NCBI RefSeq assembly: GCF_028641065.1
Contig: NC_073382.1
Coordinates: 68,758,001 to 68,822,000, forward strand
DNA: 64,000 nucleotides
Source of the DNA: Leucoraja erinacea
Taxonomy: Eukaryota
Direction of reading: 5' to 3'
The position numbers and the translations under genes were made by a program. Under the pieces are notes generated by a model. That model was not told where the DNA came from. It ran no database searches and saw only the letters and a program-made list of their open reading frames with translations. How positions within the stretch are numbered: position 1 is the first letter of the stretch; the number at the start of each line of letters is the position of its first letter. Positions 49,226-62,447 of this stretch are shown in pieces.

Positions 49226-49801
49226 TTTAGAAACCATTATTTTGCCAAATCATTCAAAATTGATAATAAGATGATTATTTCAAAGAAAGCGTTTAAATGG
49301 CAGAATTTGTGGATGTATACCACACAATGAGAACAAAGTACTGCACTTTCATCTAATACACTGGAGGATATAATGTTAGGATTTTCTGGCACTTGTCTCT
49401 TATGTTATACACATGAAACCTATCAAAAAAAGAAAATATGGAGGTGAGACAGAGGGGGTTGGGAGCAAAGAGAATAAATGAAGAGACATTGATGGAGAAG
49501 ATGGGAAAAGTCAAAAGGAAAGGAAGAGGGAACAATGTTCTGTGAGTTTGAAATTTAATTGCAAAGCTAATAAATAGAATGTGATGTATTCTCAAACAAT
49601 TTCTTGCACTTTATCAACATCAGATGCTCCTAATTTTGAAATGTTCACATTGTCCTGCTTCTCATTTAGTGTGGTTGGTTTTGTATCGCCTGCTTTTTGT
49701 TTGTTGGTTTCATTTTTACTCAGACACAGGTAATTTAGTCATGAATAAGAGCAGCCAGAAATGTAACATCACAGACTAAAGTGAACAGGATTGTAAACGG
49801 T

Positions 49802-50031
49802 GAAGGTAGACACAAACTGCTGGAGCAACTCAGCGGGACAGGCAGCATCTCTGGAGGGATGGAATGGGTGACGTTTCGTGTCGAGACCCTTCTTCAGATT
49901 TATGTCAGGGGAGTGGGCGGTACAGAGACAATATGTAGTCGCAGGCAGTAAGACTGGTGGGAGGACTGGGAAGGGGGAGGGGATGGAGATAGAGAGAGGG
50001 AAAGAACGGGCTACTTGAAGTTAGAGAAGTC
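49802..50031 (-). mobile_element. Penelope-like element 3' end
   Basis: End of the ORF (DFSNFK*), a pyrimidine-rich UTR, and a hammerhead core at 49870-49897. Confidence 0.8.
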
Positions 50032-50721
50032 TACGGTGTAAGTGGAAATGGTGAACGTGGTCATATGGAAGCATAAAATTACAAAGAGATTGTAATGACA
50101 ATTAAAGAGATTCCCAAGAGGACAAACAAGCATAACTGAGGTAAATAGATTTAAGTATAGGCAAAAGTGAGGTCATCGAAATCAGGGTGCAGCATAGAAT
50201 TAGAGGAATTGTACTCAAATATTTAATTTCAAGGAATGATTGCACCAACTTGTGCTGCATCTACTGGAATTTAGTTTCAGGGTAACTTGATCAATGTTTT
50301 CAAGAGATTACTAGAACTGCAAAGGTAGATATTTGCTATTTCTGTTGTTTTTGGACTGTAGGATAAAAGAGACGGCATAAAAGTTAGAGTTGTTTCCTGG
50401 CTGACTATCCGAGCAAAGGGTTGTCGAAGATGTGTACTTTCTTCCTCAATCGCTGTTGATGTCAAGTGTATGGTTAATTAGATTGACTCTGGGTTTTTTT
50501 TTTAATGTATAAACTGCAAATTATTTTTGTTTGCAATTTCTTGTGCTAAAGTCCTTTCTGTAATATATTTTCAGCAAAGAGTCACGTGTAAACCAGGACT
50601 AAAAAGAAAAAATAACTATTCCATAAAAATACTGAAAAAAATACTCCTTTCAGTGATAATATTATAAAGAATAAAACAAACCTCTTAAAAGTCAAATAAA
50701 TCTACCTGATCACTTTATAAT

Positions 50722-50735
50722 CCACTAGGGGGCAG
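50722..50735 (+). promoter_or_regulatory. CTCF-binding motif
   Basis: CCACTAGGGGGCAG matches the CTCF core consensus and sits in AT-rich unique intergenic DNA. Confidence 0.6.
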
Positions 50736-51591
50736 AGGATCCCACCTTTTTGTTCAATGCTTCCAGCTTCTCAATCATAATCCTAGTAATTTTATGACCA
50801 TTTTAATCACTCTACTTCATCCACAATATACTCTGGTATTCCATCTACAGACCACATAGTGAGACTAATTCCAGGATTGTGTTTGTGCCTTATGTGTCAT
50901 TTGACATATTGTGCATGTATCTGTGATCTTCCACTCTGGTCTTGTGGCCAATGTGGGAATCAAAGCGTTTCAGTGCATCGCTCAGCACATGTTTGTGCAC
51001 CTTGGAATGTGTTATTCAGTCAGCAGCATTTGCTCACAGACATCTCCATCTCATGACATAAGGTTTCAGGCCGACCAAAATCCATCTACTGCAGGTTGAT
51101 GATCTTCCTGCAGTAGTTGATGTCTGTCAGTCTCAGGGCTTTGTGTTTTCTTGACGAATGATCTTGAAACGCCCAACATCATCCCAAATGCTTCAACTCC
51201 ACCTTTAATGGAGTTAAATTCTGTGGGGATGTTACACCCCCCCCCCCCCCCCAAGGCTTTAAGAACATCCCCAATCACAATATTTTTCCCTACTTGACAG
51301 AGATCAGAACAGCCAATCTGTTTTGGTGTCAGACAGGCGAGCAACGTGGCCTGCTCAAAGGAACCAACTTAGCGCCAATTAATGCCATACGTTTAGGCCA
51401 ATTGTGTCGCTTTATTTTGAGGCTATAAAAGGAGAATTATTGGCACAACCAAAAAAGTAAGAATTTTAAAATGACTTATCCGAATGTGAAGCTAAGTGGA
51501 ACAGGGTTGCTTCCTTTCCCAAGAAGTCACTCCCAAGCCTATGTTTTGCTTTAGAGTCAAAGAGCATGAAAACAGACCCTTTAGTCCATCA

Positions 51592-51680
51592 GAAACCAAA
51601 TGCTGGAGTAACTCAGCGGGACAGGCAGCATCTTTGGAGAGGATGGGTGACGTTTCAGGTTGAGACCCTCCTTCCTGCAG
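51592..51680 (-). mobile_element. Short PLE-derived insertion
   Basis: 13-bp TSD CTTTAG(T/C)CCATCA at 51579-51591 and 51681-51693. Confidence 0.75.
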
Positions 51681-51958
51681 CTTTAGCCCATCATGTCAGC
51701 AATGACCATCAAGCACTCATATATGGAGTAATTTGATTATATTCTCTCCAAATTCCAATCAACATCTCCTAGATTCTGCTACTTTAATGGCCAATTAACA
51801 TCTTTGTGATGTGGGTGGTCATGTAAACACACAGACAGGGGCAGACATCAGATTGAACCCAAGTCACTAGGACAGTGAAACAGCACTAACTGCACTACTT
51901 TATGTGTGGTTTTAGTGGCAGGCACCCTTACCTCCGAGTAAAAGGCCATGGAATAGAG

Positions 51959-52178
51959 TAACAAAGAGCTGCAGAATTATCACCATTACTACCAAAGAGC
52001 CCTTTTATAACAAAGTGCTGGTAGTAACTCAGCGGGTCAGGCAGCATCTCTGGAGAAAATGGACGGGTGACGTTTTGGGTCGGGACCCTTCTTCAGACTT
52101 GACCCAAAGCATCACCCATCCTTTTTCTCCAGCGATGCTGCCCGACCCACTGAGTTACTCCGGGATTTTATGTCCATT
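51959..52178. mobile_element. Fold-back (inverted dimer) PLE-derived insertion
   Basis: Inverted arms ~52023-52081 and ~52101-52159; perfect 12-bp TSD CATGGAATAGAG at 51947-51958 and 52179-52190. Confidence 0.85.
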
Positions 52179-53290
52179 CATGGAATAGAGGCTTACTCCA
52201 GAGACTAGATTACGGAATCCTGGAGCATAGCAGTGTTAGGACGGTGGTTTACACATGAAGTGTTGGACTGAAACTATATTTTTCCTTTGGGGTGAACATA
52301 CTATTCTGAAGGACAGGATTGTCATCACAGTCAATAAGCAATTTTCTATTATCATCAGCCGAACAGATTTGCCTCACAACCCACTCAACCTGTAAGCACT
52401 AAACCTGAATTTCAGAGGCATAAAATATCACTGCTAGTTGATGTATTCAGTGCTGCAACAGGAGAGGAACTCAAGGCAATTTTTAAATATTTTTTTTGTG
52501 GAAGCTTGCATCAACTGTGATTTCTGTATTTTAATGTACACTAAATATATTTTAGGTTGTCCAGAGGTCATCAAAGTCACAATGGAAATGCAAGTCTTGC
52601 TTTATATCTCCTCTCCTAGTCCCATCCTTAATAGTTTATCTTCTATTGTAGCCACTGTATTTGTCCTGGTCTTTGCCACTCTCCTGGTCATCAACCTCCC
52701 TCCCATTTACTTCCTCGGTTTTGGTGATGGAACACCCAGAAGTGAGTGATCTTTACTGATGAACTCCCTGCACTAACCCAATACCCATGCAACGTATTGT
52801 TCCTGGATACATTATCAGAAATGCTTCTGGTCAGTCCACCTGCTCCAGCACAGACATCTGTAACTGTACAATCCACACTAACCATTCTTTCCCACATGTT
52901 TTATGACATCACTAGTATTAGGAGATTGGTAATGATCCCGTGAGACACATTTCCCATCAGAAATACTTGTGGGTTATAAAAGGAGCAACATAAGCATAAC
53001 CGAGAATGAGAATTACAGAATTTCCGATTCAAGGCAATATGAAAGCATTAGTGAATACAAATGATATTATGGAGCTAGAAATAGATGCACTTTGTTTTGA
53101 AGTGGCTATAGATTTGAAAGATTCCCTCTTGGGCAGCAATGGAAATGATGGTTAGATAATAGAGTATGTGCCATTTAAAAATAAAACTTTCCTTTGTTTA
53201 AATAGAAGAACATTTCTCCTGTGCAACCCTGGATGCTAAACAAACAACATAAATCAGTGAGAGGAATAAGCAAGATGATGTTGAGCTAAA

Positions 53291-53608
53291 TTTTAGTTTA
53301 GTTTAGAGATACAGCTTAGAAACATGTCCTTTGGCCCACTGAGTCCAAGCCGACCATTGTTATGACGGTGTTCACATTAGTTCTATGCTATCCACTCCCA
53401 TCCACTCCCTACACACTCGGGGCAATTTAGAGGCCAATTAACATACAAATCCATACGTCTTTAAATGTGGGAGGAAACCTGAGCATCCAGATGAAACCCA
53501 TGTGGTCACAGGGAGAACAAGCAAACTTCACACAGACAGCACCCAAGATCAGGATCGATCTCAGGTGTCTAGCGCTGTGAGGCAGTAGCTCCATCTGCTG
53601 CGCCATCC
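53291..53608 (-). mobile_element. V-SINE (HE1-like)
   Basis: Full reverse-strand copy with tRNA head and (CTAAA)n tail. Confidence 0.75.
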
Positions 53609-56318
53609 ATGTTTTTGTTTTCGGCCCACGGATCACATCACAGTGCAAACGCAGAGCTAAACTCAAGCTTGTCATCCACGAAAGTCATATATATATATAG
53701 CTAAAGTATACATATAGCTCTATAATTGCACATCAATCGATTCAAAAAATGATTTGGTGTTTAAAGTAAAATGCTGAATCAGTTATCAATTCTTGAAACT
53801 ACAGCTTGTATTGAATTAATTAATTTTTAATGAATGCCAAGAATTTGGAGCTTTCCCACTGCACTACTAAGACATTGGCAGAATTTTGCAGGGACACGAT
53901 TTACAGGTATCAGGTGAACAGTAATTTGCAACCGTTTATAATAACCTGTCATTTGCTGTCTTGTCGGGAAAATGCTGTCGTAATGATTAACAAGACCTTT
54001 CACCCAGATCACAACAGTACGCCCCTCAAATAGAGAAAGGTCTCAGTCACTCTTTCCCTTGGACATTGGTTTAAGCCTCAACTCTGGATTCCATTGCCTC
54101 TCGCCTCCCCATGTTCATCATCTCCGCACCGTACACCTCCCATCGTGCCAACCCACGTTATAAACCTTCCTTAAAAACTCCAACAATTGCTTGGAAACAC
54201 TTTCAACCAAGTAAAGCTTGAAATAAATCATGCCCGAGTGATCAGATCCTTTTAAGGTTTCTACAAAAGCACATCCTGTATGTACACTTGCTGCAGATCA
54301 ATGTAACAAACAGATGTTGAGAGGCCTGTCAATGCTTCAATGGCATAGGCTGCATGCATTTGGCACTCCAAGGCAGTGGTGTAGATTCAATCAAAATCAC
54401 AATTGGTTTTAAAACAAAATTAATCTATTATTAGAGGGAAAAGAGCAATGTGGTGATATATTTAGCACAATTGTTAATGTTAACCTCTCCCCTAAAATGT
54501 CACTTTAAATGCTTTGAATGGAGATCAGTAAATTACATTTCACTGCACCTCATTATGGTGCATGTGACAAATACATTTGAACTTGAACTTGAATAGAGAC
54601 CTACAGATGCACAGAGAAACAGCACTTTTCACACTGTCTTAATTTCAAAATGTATCATTGGACATTCAGCACTGTTGGGTGTCAATCTTAGAACTTCCTA
54701 ACCAACAGCACTTTGGGTGTATGATCACCAGAGGAACTACGACTCTTCAATAATGTGACACACCAGCTTTTTTCATGGACCATTAGACATGGGCAATACA
54801 TTCTGGCCTTACCAGTGACGTCTAGATCCCAGCAAATGAATAAATATAAAAGAACAGTTCAGATACAGCTTATGAATCAAGAACCACCGTACAACATTTA
54901 ACATAGTAGCAAAGGGTTTCCAATCAATTACAAGGACCCAATAATCATTATTTGTAAATATATAATTTTACATTAGAGACAAACTAAGCAGTGAGGGGGA
55001 ATTGGTGGGGAGAATCAAATACTTCTCCCACCCAGATTAACTATTAGTCTGTTGAAATACATATGAAAATAAATTGAAATAGGCCAGATTAATATTATTT
55101 TCATTAACATGCAAATGAAGAATAAACAAAAAAAGTCCAAGAAATATAAGCAGTTAGTATTTGTAAGTGACAAAACAGCAATTGTAGGAGTTTCATTTTT
55201 TCAAAGCTGCAGACAAACTAAAGAAAAGTAAAGACACTTGTGATTTTTCATGTGTAAAAGCTACAATCAGTATTTTCTGGTGTACTTTCCATTATTTTGA
55301 TGCACTATAACAATTTTCATTAAAAACAGGCTAAATGTTCACCTACACAAAATATGGATTCTGTTCATGATGCTTTAAGGCAAGATAAATTAATGTTATA
55401 ACAATCTTTCACATTAATAAACCATAGTGATTTATAAACAATAGGGTTGAATTTTGCTGATGGAGCACATTACATTTTTCCATTAATTTCTAAATAATGG
55501 ATATCATGCACATCCTATAAAGAAAGGTGTTACACCCTGATGGATTATTGCCCAGGGTGTGGAGGATGAACATGTACTCCCCTGAGGAGGGATGGTCTGG
55601 CTGTCACTGGCCCATAACCAAGCCCGTCTGTGAAATGTAGCATCATGCCACAGAATTGAACTTTTCCACTCGAGAAAGCTGCAGAATCTCTAATTTCCTG
55701 CATCAAGTTTAAAAATACATTAAAATTATGCAAAAGCGCAGACGCACGGATTCAAGAATAAAACTTTCAAAGTAGAATTACTGCTCAGCCTTACTTTTAC
55801 ACCTATTACTATTTACACCTATAGAGGTTTAACATTGCAATAGCAATCTGGTGAATGTGATGATGTCATGTGATGATGTCATGTAATGACACAGCTTCCC
55901 ATATTTCCTGCTTTTTGCACTTCTGTAAATGTAACCAGCATGTCGAATAACATTAAGATTCAAGTATTCATCACTGAATTTCCCTATTGAAGTAATTCAA
56001 AAACATGGTGGTGTGGGGAGGAGTGAAATTCTTACAGATTAAGAATCAGTCAAGAGCATTAATTATCATTTGTACCGGTATTGGAACAAATAAATCCTTA
56101 CTTGCTGCAGCTATGCAGGCCTTTTAATGCAATAGCACAACAAATAAAGAAATAACACAATAAATTAGTAATCGATAATACTGGGTAACCAGACCTTAAC
56201 AGTGCAAAACCGAAGTATGCTGTGCAACCAAAACAAAGTCCTTAATAGATTGTTGCTGAGATGGAGTTGTGGTTAATGTTGTGCAGTGTTCAAGAACCTG
56301 ACGGGTTCTTTATTCTAA

Positions 56319-56860
56319 TGCCCCTGTCCCACTTAGGCAATATTTTAGGCAACTGCAGGCGACTAGGCAGTCAACACGTGGTCGCCGGGGTGTGGCCTGT
56401 ATGGTCTCCTCAATCGCGCAAAGATTCGTACCTTTTTTCTGGTCGCCGCTGGATTTTGAAGTGTTCAAAACTTTTCGGCGACAGTTAGCGCCCGTGGGCT
56501 TGACACCAACGATCGTAGCCTGACGAAGCGCTGTCGCCAGGATGACGTAGGTTGTCGTCGATGTTGAGCGGTGAATTCCATTATCAACTACTTACGTCAA
56601 CCTACGTCAACCAGCGACAGGTACCGGTGACTGAATTGACATACCTTGTCGTAGCTTGTCACTGGTGGACGTAGGTTGTCGTAGGTGTGGTCGTAGGTGG
56701 ACGTCCTATGGGTCGCTGGTAGCTTGCCGTACATAGCTTGACGTCGACTAGGAGGTAGGTTGTTGTAGACATTGTCGTAAGGGGGTCCAGTCGCTGGTTT
56801 TTCAGCAAATGCTATGACTATGACAGTCACTGAAAAAATTGCTTAAGTGGGACAGGCTCA
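56319..56860. mobile_element. PIF/Harbinger-type MITE with internal GTCGTAGGT-like repeats
   Basis: Termini TGCCCCTGTCCCACTTA and TAAGTGGGACAGGCTCA; TAA/TTA flanks. Confidence 0.75.
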
Positions 56861-56945
56861 TTAGGGAGACACAAAATGGTGGAGTAACTCAACGGGTGAG
56901 GCAGCATCTCCAGAGAGAAGGTCACAGGCTCCTCTGCTGACAAGA

Positions 56946-59900
56946 TAATAGACAATAAACAATAGACAATAGGTGCAGCAGTAGGTCATTCGGCCCTTCG
57001 AGCCAGCACCGCCATTCAATGTGATCATGGCTGATCATCCCCAATCAGTACCCCGTTCCTGCCTTCTCCCCATATCCCCTGACTCCGCTATTTTTAAGAG
57101 CCCTATCTAGCTCTCTCTTGAAGGCATCCAGAGAACCTGCCTCCACCTGCCTCCACTGAGGCAGAGAATTCTACAGACTCACCACTCTCTGTGAGAAAAA
57201 GTGTTTCCTCGTCTCAGTTCTAAATGGCTTACTCCTTATTCTCAAACTGTGGCCCCAGTTCTGGACTCCCCCAACATCGGGAACATGTTTCCTGCCTGTA
57301 GCATGTCCAAACCCTTAACAATCTTATATGTTTAAATGAGATTCCCTCTCATCCTTCTAAACTCCAGAGTGTACAAGCCCAGCCGCTCCATTCTCTCAGC
57401 ATTTGACAGTCCCGCCATCCCGGGAATTAACCTTGTAAACCTATGGTGCACTCCCTCATTAGCAAGAATGTCCTTCCTCAAATTAGAGGACCAAATACTG
57501 CAGGTGTGGTCTCACTAGGGCTCTGTACAACTGTACACTAGGACCTCTTTGCTCCAATATTTGATTCCTTTTATTATAAAGGACAATATGACATTCGCTT
57601 TCTTCACTGCCTGCTGTACCTGCATGCTTACTTTCATAGACTGATGAACAAGGACCCCCCAGATCCCATTGTACTTCCCCTTTTCCCAACTTGATGCCAT
57701 TTAGATAGTAATCTGCCTTCCTGTTTTTGCTACCAAAGTGGATAACCTCACATTTATCCGCATTAAGCTTCATCTGCCATGCATCTTCTCACTCCCCCAA
57801 CCTGTCCAAGTCACCCTGCATTCTCATAGCATCCTCCTCAAAGTTCACACTGCCACCCAGCTTTGTGTCATCTGCAAATTTGCTAATGTTACTTTGAATC
57901 CCTTCATCCAAATTATTGATGTATACTGTAAATAGCTGCGGACCCAGCACCGAGCCTTGCGGTACCCCACTAGTCACTGCCTGCCATTCTGAAAGGGACC
58001 CGTTAATCCTTACTCTTTGTTTCCTGTCTGCCAACCACTTCTCTATCCATGTCAGCACCCTACCCCCAATACCATGTGCCCTAATTTTGCCCACTGAACT
58101 CCTATGTGGGACCTTATCAAATGCTTTCTGAAAGGCCAGGTACACTACATCCACTGGCTCTCCCTTGTCCATTTTCCTAGTTACATTTTCAAAAAATTCC
58201 AGAAGGATTTCCCCTTTGTAAATCCATGCTGACTCGGACCGATCCTGTTACTGCTATCCAAATGTTCGGCTATCTCATCTTTTATAATTGACTCCAGCAT
58301 CTTCCCCACCACCGATGTCAGGCTAACTGGTCTATAATTCCCTGTTTTCTCTCTCCCGCCTTTCTTAAAAAGTGGGATAACATTAGCTACCCTCCAATCC
58401 CCAGGAACCGATCCTGAGTCCATAGAACATTGGAAAATTATCACCAATGCATCCACGATTTCTAGAGCCACATCCTTAAGTACCCTGGGATGCAGACCAT
58501 CAGGCCCTGGGGATTTATCAGCCTTCAGTCCCATCAGTCTATCCAACACCATTTCCTGCCTAATGTGGATTTCCTTCAGTTCCTCTGACACCCCAGATCC
58601 TCTGGCCACTACTATATCGGGAAGATTGTTTGTGTCCTCATTACTGAATACAGATCCAAAGTACCTGTTCAACTCATCTGCCATTTCCTTGTTCCCCATA
58701 ATAAATTAACCTATTTCATTCTTCAAGGGTCCAACTTTGGTCTTAACTAATTGTTTCCTCTTCATATACCTAAAGAAGCTTTTACTATCCTGCTTTATAT
58801 TCTTGGCTAGCTTACCTTCGTACCTCATCTTTTCTCCCCATATTGTCTTTTTAGTTATCTTCTGTTGTACTTTAAACATTGCCGAATACTCTTGCTTCCC
58901 GCTCATCTTTGCTGCTTTGTACTTCTTCGCTTTAATTTTTATACTGTCCCTGACGTCCTTTGTCAGCCACGGCAACCCCTACTCCCCTTGGAATCTTTCT
59001 TCCTCCTCGGAATGAACTGATCCTGCACCTTCTATATTATTCCTAGAAACACCTGCCATTTTTGTTCCACTGTCATCCCTGCTAGTGTATCTTTCCAGTC
59101 AACTTTGGCCAGCTCCTCCCTCATGGCCCCATAGTCCCCTTTATTCAACTGCAACACTGACACCTCCGATCACTCTTCTCCATCTCAAATTGTAGATTAA
59201 ACCTGACCATGTTATGGTCACTGCCTCCTAATGGCTCATTAACCTCGAGGTCCTTTATCAAATCCGGTTCATTACATAATACTAAGTCCAGAATTGCCTT
59301 CTCCCTGGTAGGCTCCAATACAAGCTGTTCAAAGAATCCATCATGAAGGCACTCTATAAAGTCCCTTTCCTGGGGTCCAGTACCAACCTGATTTTCCCAG
59401 TCTACCTGCATGTTGAAATCTCCTATAACAACCACAGCATTACTTTTACTACATGCCAATTTTAACTCCTGATTCAACTAGTGCCGTATGTCCAGGCTAC
59501 TGTTTGGGGGCCTGTAGATTAGTCCCATTAGGGTCTTTTTACCCTTACAATTCCTTAGTTCTATCCATACTGACTCCACATCTCCTGTTTCAATGTCACC
59601 CCTTGCAAGGGACTGAATTTCATTCCTCACCAACAGGGCAACCCCAACCCCTCTGCCCACCTATCTGTCTTTTCCATAGGAGGTTTACCCTTGAATATTC
59701 AGTTCCCAGCCCTGGCCCTCTTGCAGCCATGTCTCAGTAATTCCCACATCATACTTGCCAGTTTCTAACTGAGCCTCAAGCTCATCCACTTTATTCCTTA
59801 TACTTCGCGCATTCATATGAAGCACTTTGACCTCTGTATTCATTTCCCCCCTCGCATCGCTCGAAATTGGCCCTGACCTCACTGTCGAACTTTCCTTCCC

Positions 59901-61172
59901 ATTAATTCAAGAATCTTTTGTAATTTTTCCTGTAGCCACTTCCCCTTCAACTCCATCTTTATACTCCCAATTTGACAATCCCTCCCCCCCCCCCACTATT
60001 TAGTTTAAGCCCACACATGTAACCCTAGCAAACCTGCCTGCCAGAATGTCTGTCCCCCTACAGTTAAGGTGTAACCCGTCCCTTTTGTACAGGACACCCT
60101 ACACCAGAAGAGATCCCAGTGGTCTATAAATCTAAATCCTTGCTCCTTGCTCCAGCCCCTCAGCCACACATTCAGACACTCTTGTACTTCCGGTGGCGCT
60201 GGTGCCAGCAGCCTCCACCTACAGCCCGGTATCTTTTTGTTTTTTTGTTTATTTTGTTATGTTAAAAGTGTATTTTTTTGTGTTTTTTGGTGTCTTTATG
60301 TGGGGGAAGAAGGCACGGTGCGGGGGATACCGTACTTCAGCCGCTTCCTGGTGAGGACGCGACTATTATTCGAGTCGCGTCCTCGCCCCCCCCCCCCCCC
60401 CACAGCGGCCTACCTACCTGGATTGGCGCGGCCTTTCCTGCCGGGATCGACCGGAGCTCCAGCAGCGGCGGGACAGCGCTGAAACATCGCGGGGCTGGTG
60501 ATGCCTTACCAGGGGTCGCCGTCTGGAGCCCGGAGTGCTGGAGCTGCTGCACCAACATCACGGAGCTGCGGTTTGCAGAGCTCCCAACGCGGGCGACGCT
60601 GACTACAACGCGGGGTCCTGTGACTCTGCCCGGCTCGACCTGCGGACTCGGGAGCTGCAGACTACGGCAGCGGGAGGTGGCTGATCGGGAGGTCCGGGCC
60701 GCTGAGGAGGAGGATGCTCACCGTCGGGGCTTGGCGTCAGCGTTCCACCAGTCCGGCGTGAGGGCCTGAACATCGGGCCACCCGGGGCGGCGACTGCGGG
60801 TGCTCGGAAGACCCCGACTACGGATGAACACGGAGGGGAGGCTGGCTGGACTATGGTGCCGTCCTCACCTGGGTGCCATTTATGTTATGTTGTGTTGTGG
60901 ACTTTTTGTGTTTGTGCTTTTGTTAAATTTTTAATTCAATTTCAATTTTATTTTTTAATATGTTTTATTATTTATTTATTATTTATTTTTATTATTTTTC
61001 TTGTGATTTTTTTTAACGATACTGCTGTACGGGAAATTCATTTCGTTGTCTCAAAGTGAGGCAACGACAATAAAATTTGAATACAAGAATACAAGATCCC
61101 CTATCTCCCTGTTCCTGTCCACACTAGCACGAGGTACTGGAAGCAATCCAGAGATAACCACCCTTGAAGTCC
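56946..61172 (-). mobile_element. CR1 LINE (ORF1 esterase end plus full ORF2), degenerate; same subfamily as 37150-41085
   Basis: Minus-strand ORFs 57483-59882 cover APE and RT; ORF1 DGLHLN remnant at ~60010-60176 resumes at 61094-61172 after an insertion. Confidence 0.93.
60177..61093 (+). mobile_element. GC-rich non-autonomous retroelement inserted in CR1 ORF1
   Basis: Head CCGGTGGCGCTG and tail CGACAATAAA + (GAATACAA)n; CR1 sequence is continuous across it. Confidence 0.65.
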
Positions 61173-61174
61173 GG

Positions 61175-61920
61175 CATTTTAGTCTTGATGAAAGCATATG
61201 CAGTGGTGTGGGTCTTTGATAGTATTAGTTGCCTTTTGAGGCAGCACCTCTTGTAGATCCCTTCGATGCAGGGAAGGTCAATATCCAAAATAAACCGGAC
61301 ACCGTCTATAACTTTCTGCAACTTCCATCGTTCCTGATCATTTGATTTACCGAATCAGGCTTTCTTGCAACCACTAAACTTGCTCTCTAATGCACACCTG
61401 TAAAAGTTCAATAGAATATTCAGCAACATACTGAATCTCATCTATTTTCTAAAGAGGTAGAGGTGCCGATGAGCATTCTTTGTGAATGCTCCAATGAGCT
61501 GGGCTTTGGGAAAAATTCTTCAGAGATTCAGACCCCAGGGACATTAAGCTGCCGATTCTCCACTCCTATCCTGTTGATGAAGACAGGTTCATGGATCCTC
61601 AGATTTCCCTTCTTTAAGTCAAAAATCAGCTCCTTGGTCTTGCTAGTGTTGAGAGCAAGATTGTTCCTCTGGCACCATTCAATCTTCTTTCAGTGCTCTG
61701 ACACATCATTATCCATTATTCGCTCAACAATTAATGCGTTCTGCGAATTTAAAGATGACATTGGATCTGTATCCAGCTGCACCATCATGGGTATAGCAGG
61801 GGATTGGGCATACGTCCTTGAGTTGATGGTCATCGAGGAAAAATCGTTGTCAATTCGTACCGACTGTTGTCTGCTGATGAGGAAGTCAAGGATCTAATTG
61901 CATAGGGATGAGCTGAGACC
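61175..61920 (-). mobile_element. Rex1/Babar LINE RT C-terminal fragment
   Basis: Reverse-strand remnants KTKELIFD and LPCIEGIYKRCCLKR. Confidence 0.65.
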
Positions 61921-61956
61921 CATTTACCAGAGTCTGATGACCATGTAAGCAAAATT

Positions 61957-62136
61957 AAACACAAAATGCTGGAGTAACTCAGTGGGACGGGCAGCATCTC
62001 TGGAGATAAGCTCGGAACTCTTCTTCATACAGGTCTCGACCCGAAACGTTACCCATTCCTTCTCCTCAGAGATATTGCCTGTCCTGCTGAGGTATTCCAG
62101 CATTTTGTGTCTATCTTCGGTGTAAACCAGCATCTG
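61957..62136. mobile_element. Inverted-dimer PLE-derived repeat
   Basis: ACACAAAATGCTGGAGTAACTCAG... followed by its reverse complement ...CTGAGGTATTCCAGCATTTTGTGT. Confidence 0.75.
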
Positions 62137-62315
62137 TACTAAACAATAATGTTGGTTACTCTGACTCCACCATGGCAGTCAAGGAAAGTCAGCACTGCTC
62201 ACCCTTAAATAAATGAAAACATAAGCTTGCACAATGTTTTCACCCAAACATTTCAAAGGCAGAAAATAATATTGGACACATAATTTAATGTTTTGAAAAT
62301 ATTACAATTTTGTTC

Positions 62316-62447
62316 TAAATTCTGAAGGAAGTTTTTGACCCGAAACATTGCCCATTTCCTTCGCTCCATAGATACTGCCGCACCCGCTGAGTTTCTCCAG
62401 CATTTTTGTCTACCTTCGATTTTCCAGCATCTGCAGTTCCTTCTTAA
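62316..62447 (+). mobile_element. PLE-derived ~130-bp insertion
   Basis: 12-bp TSD ACAATTTTGTTC at 62304-62315 and 62448-62459; starts a few nt before a degenerate CTGAAG core. Confidence 0.82.

Noticed and set aside
52438-52749. 103-aa hydrophobic ORF with a possible acceptor (~52556) and donor (~52742)
   Set aside because: No recognisable homology and a weak polypyrimidine tract; insufficient support for an exon.
56540-56800. Repeated GTCGTAGGT-like units resembling a repeat-spacer array
   Set aside because: Irregular internal repeats of a PIF/Harbinger MITE, with no constant repeat or spacer length. This is eukaryotic DNA with no cas genes, so it is not CRISPR.
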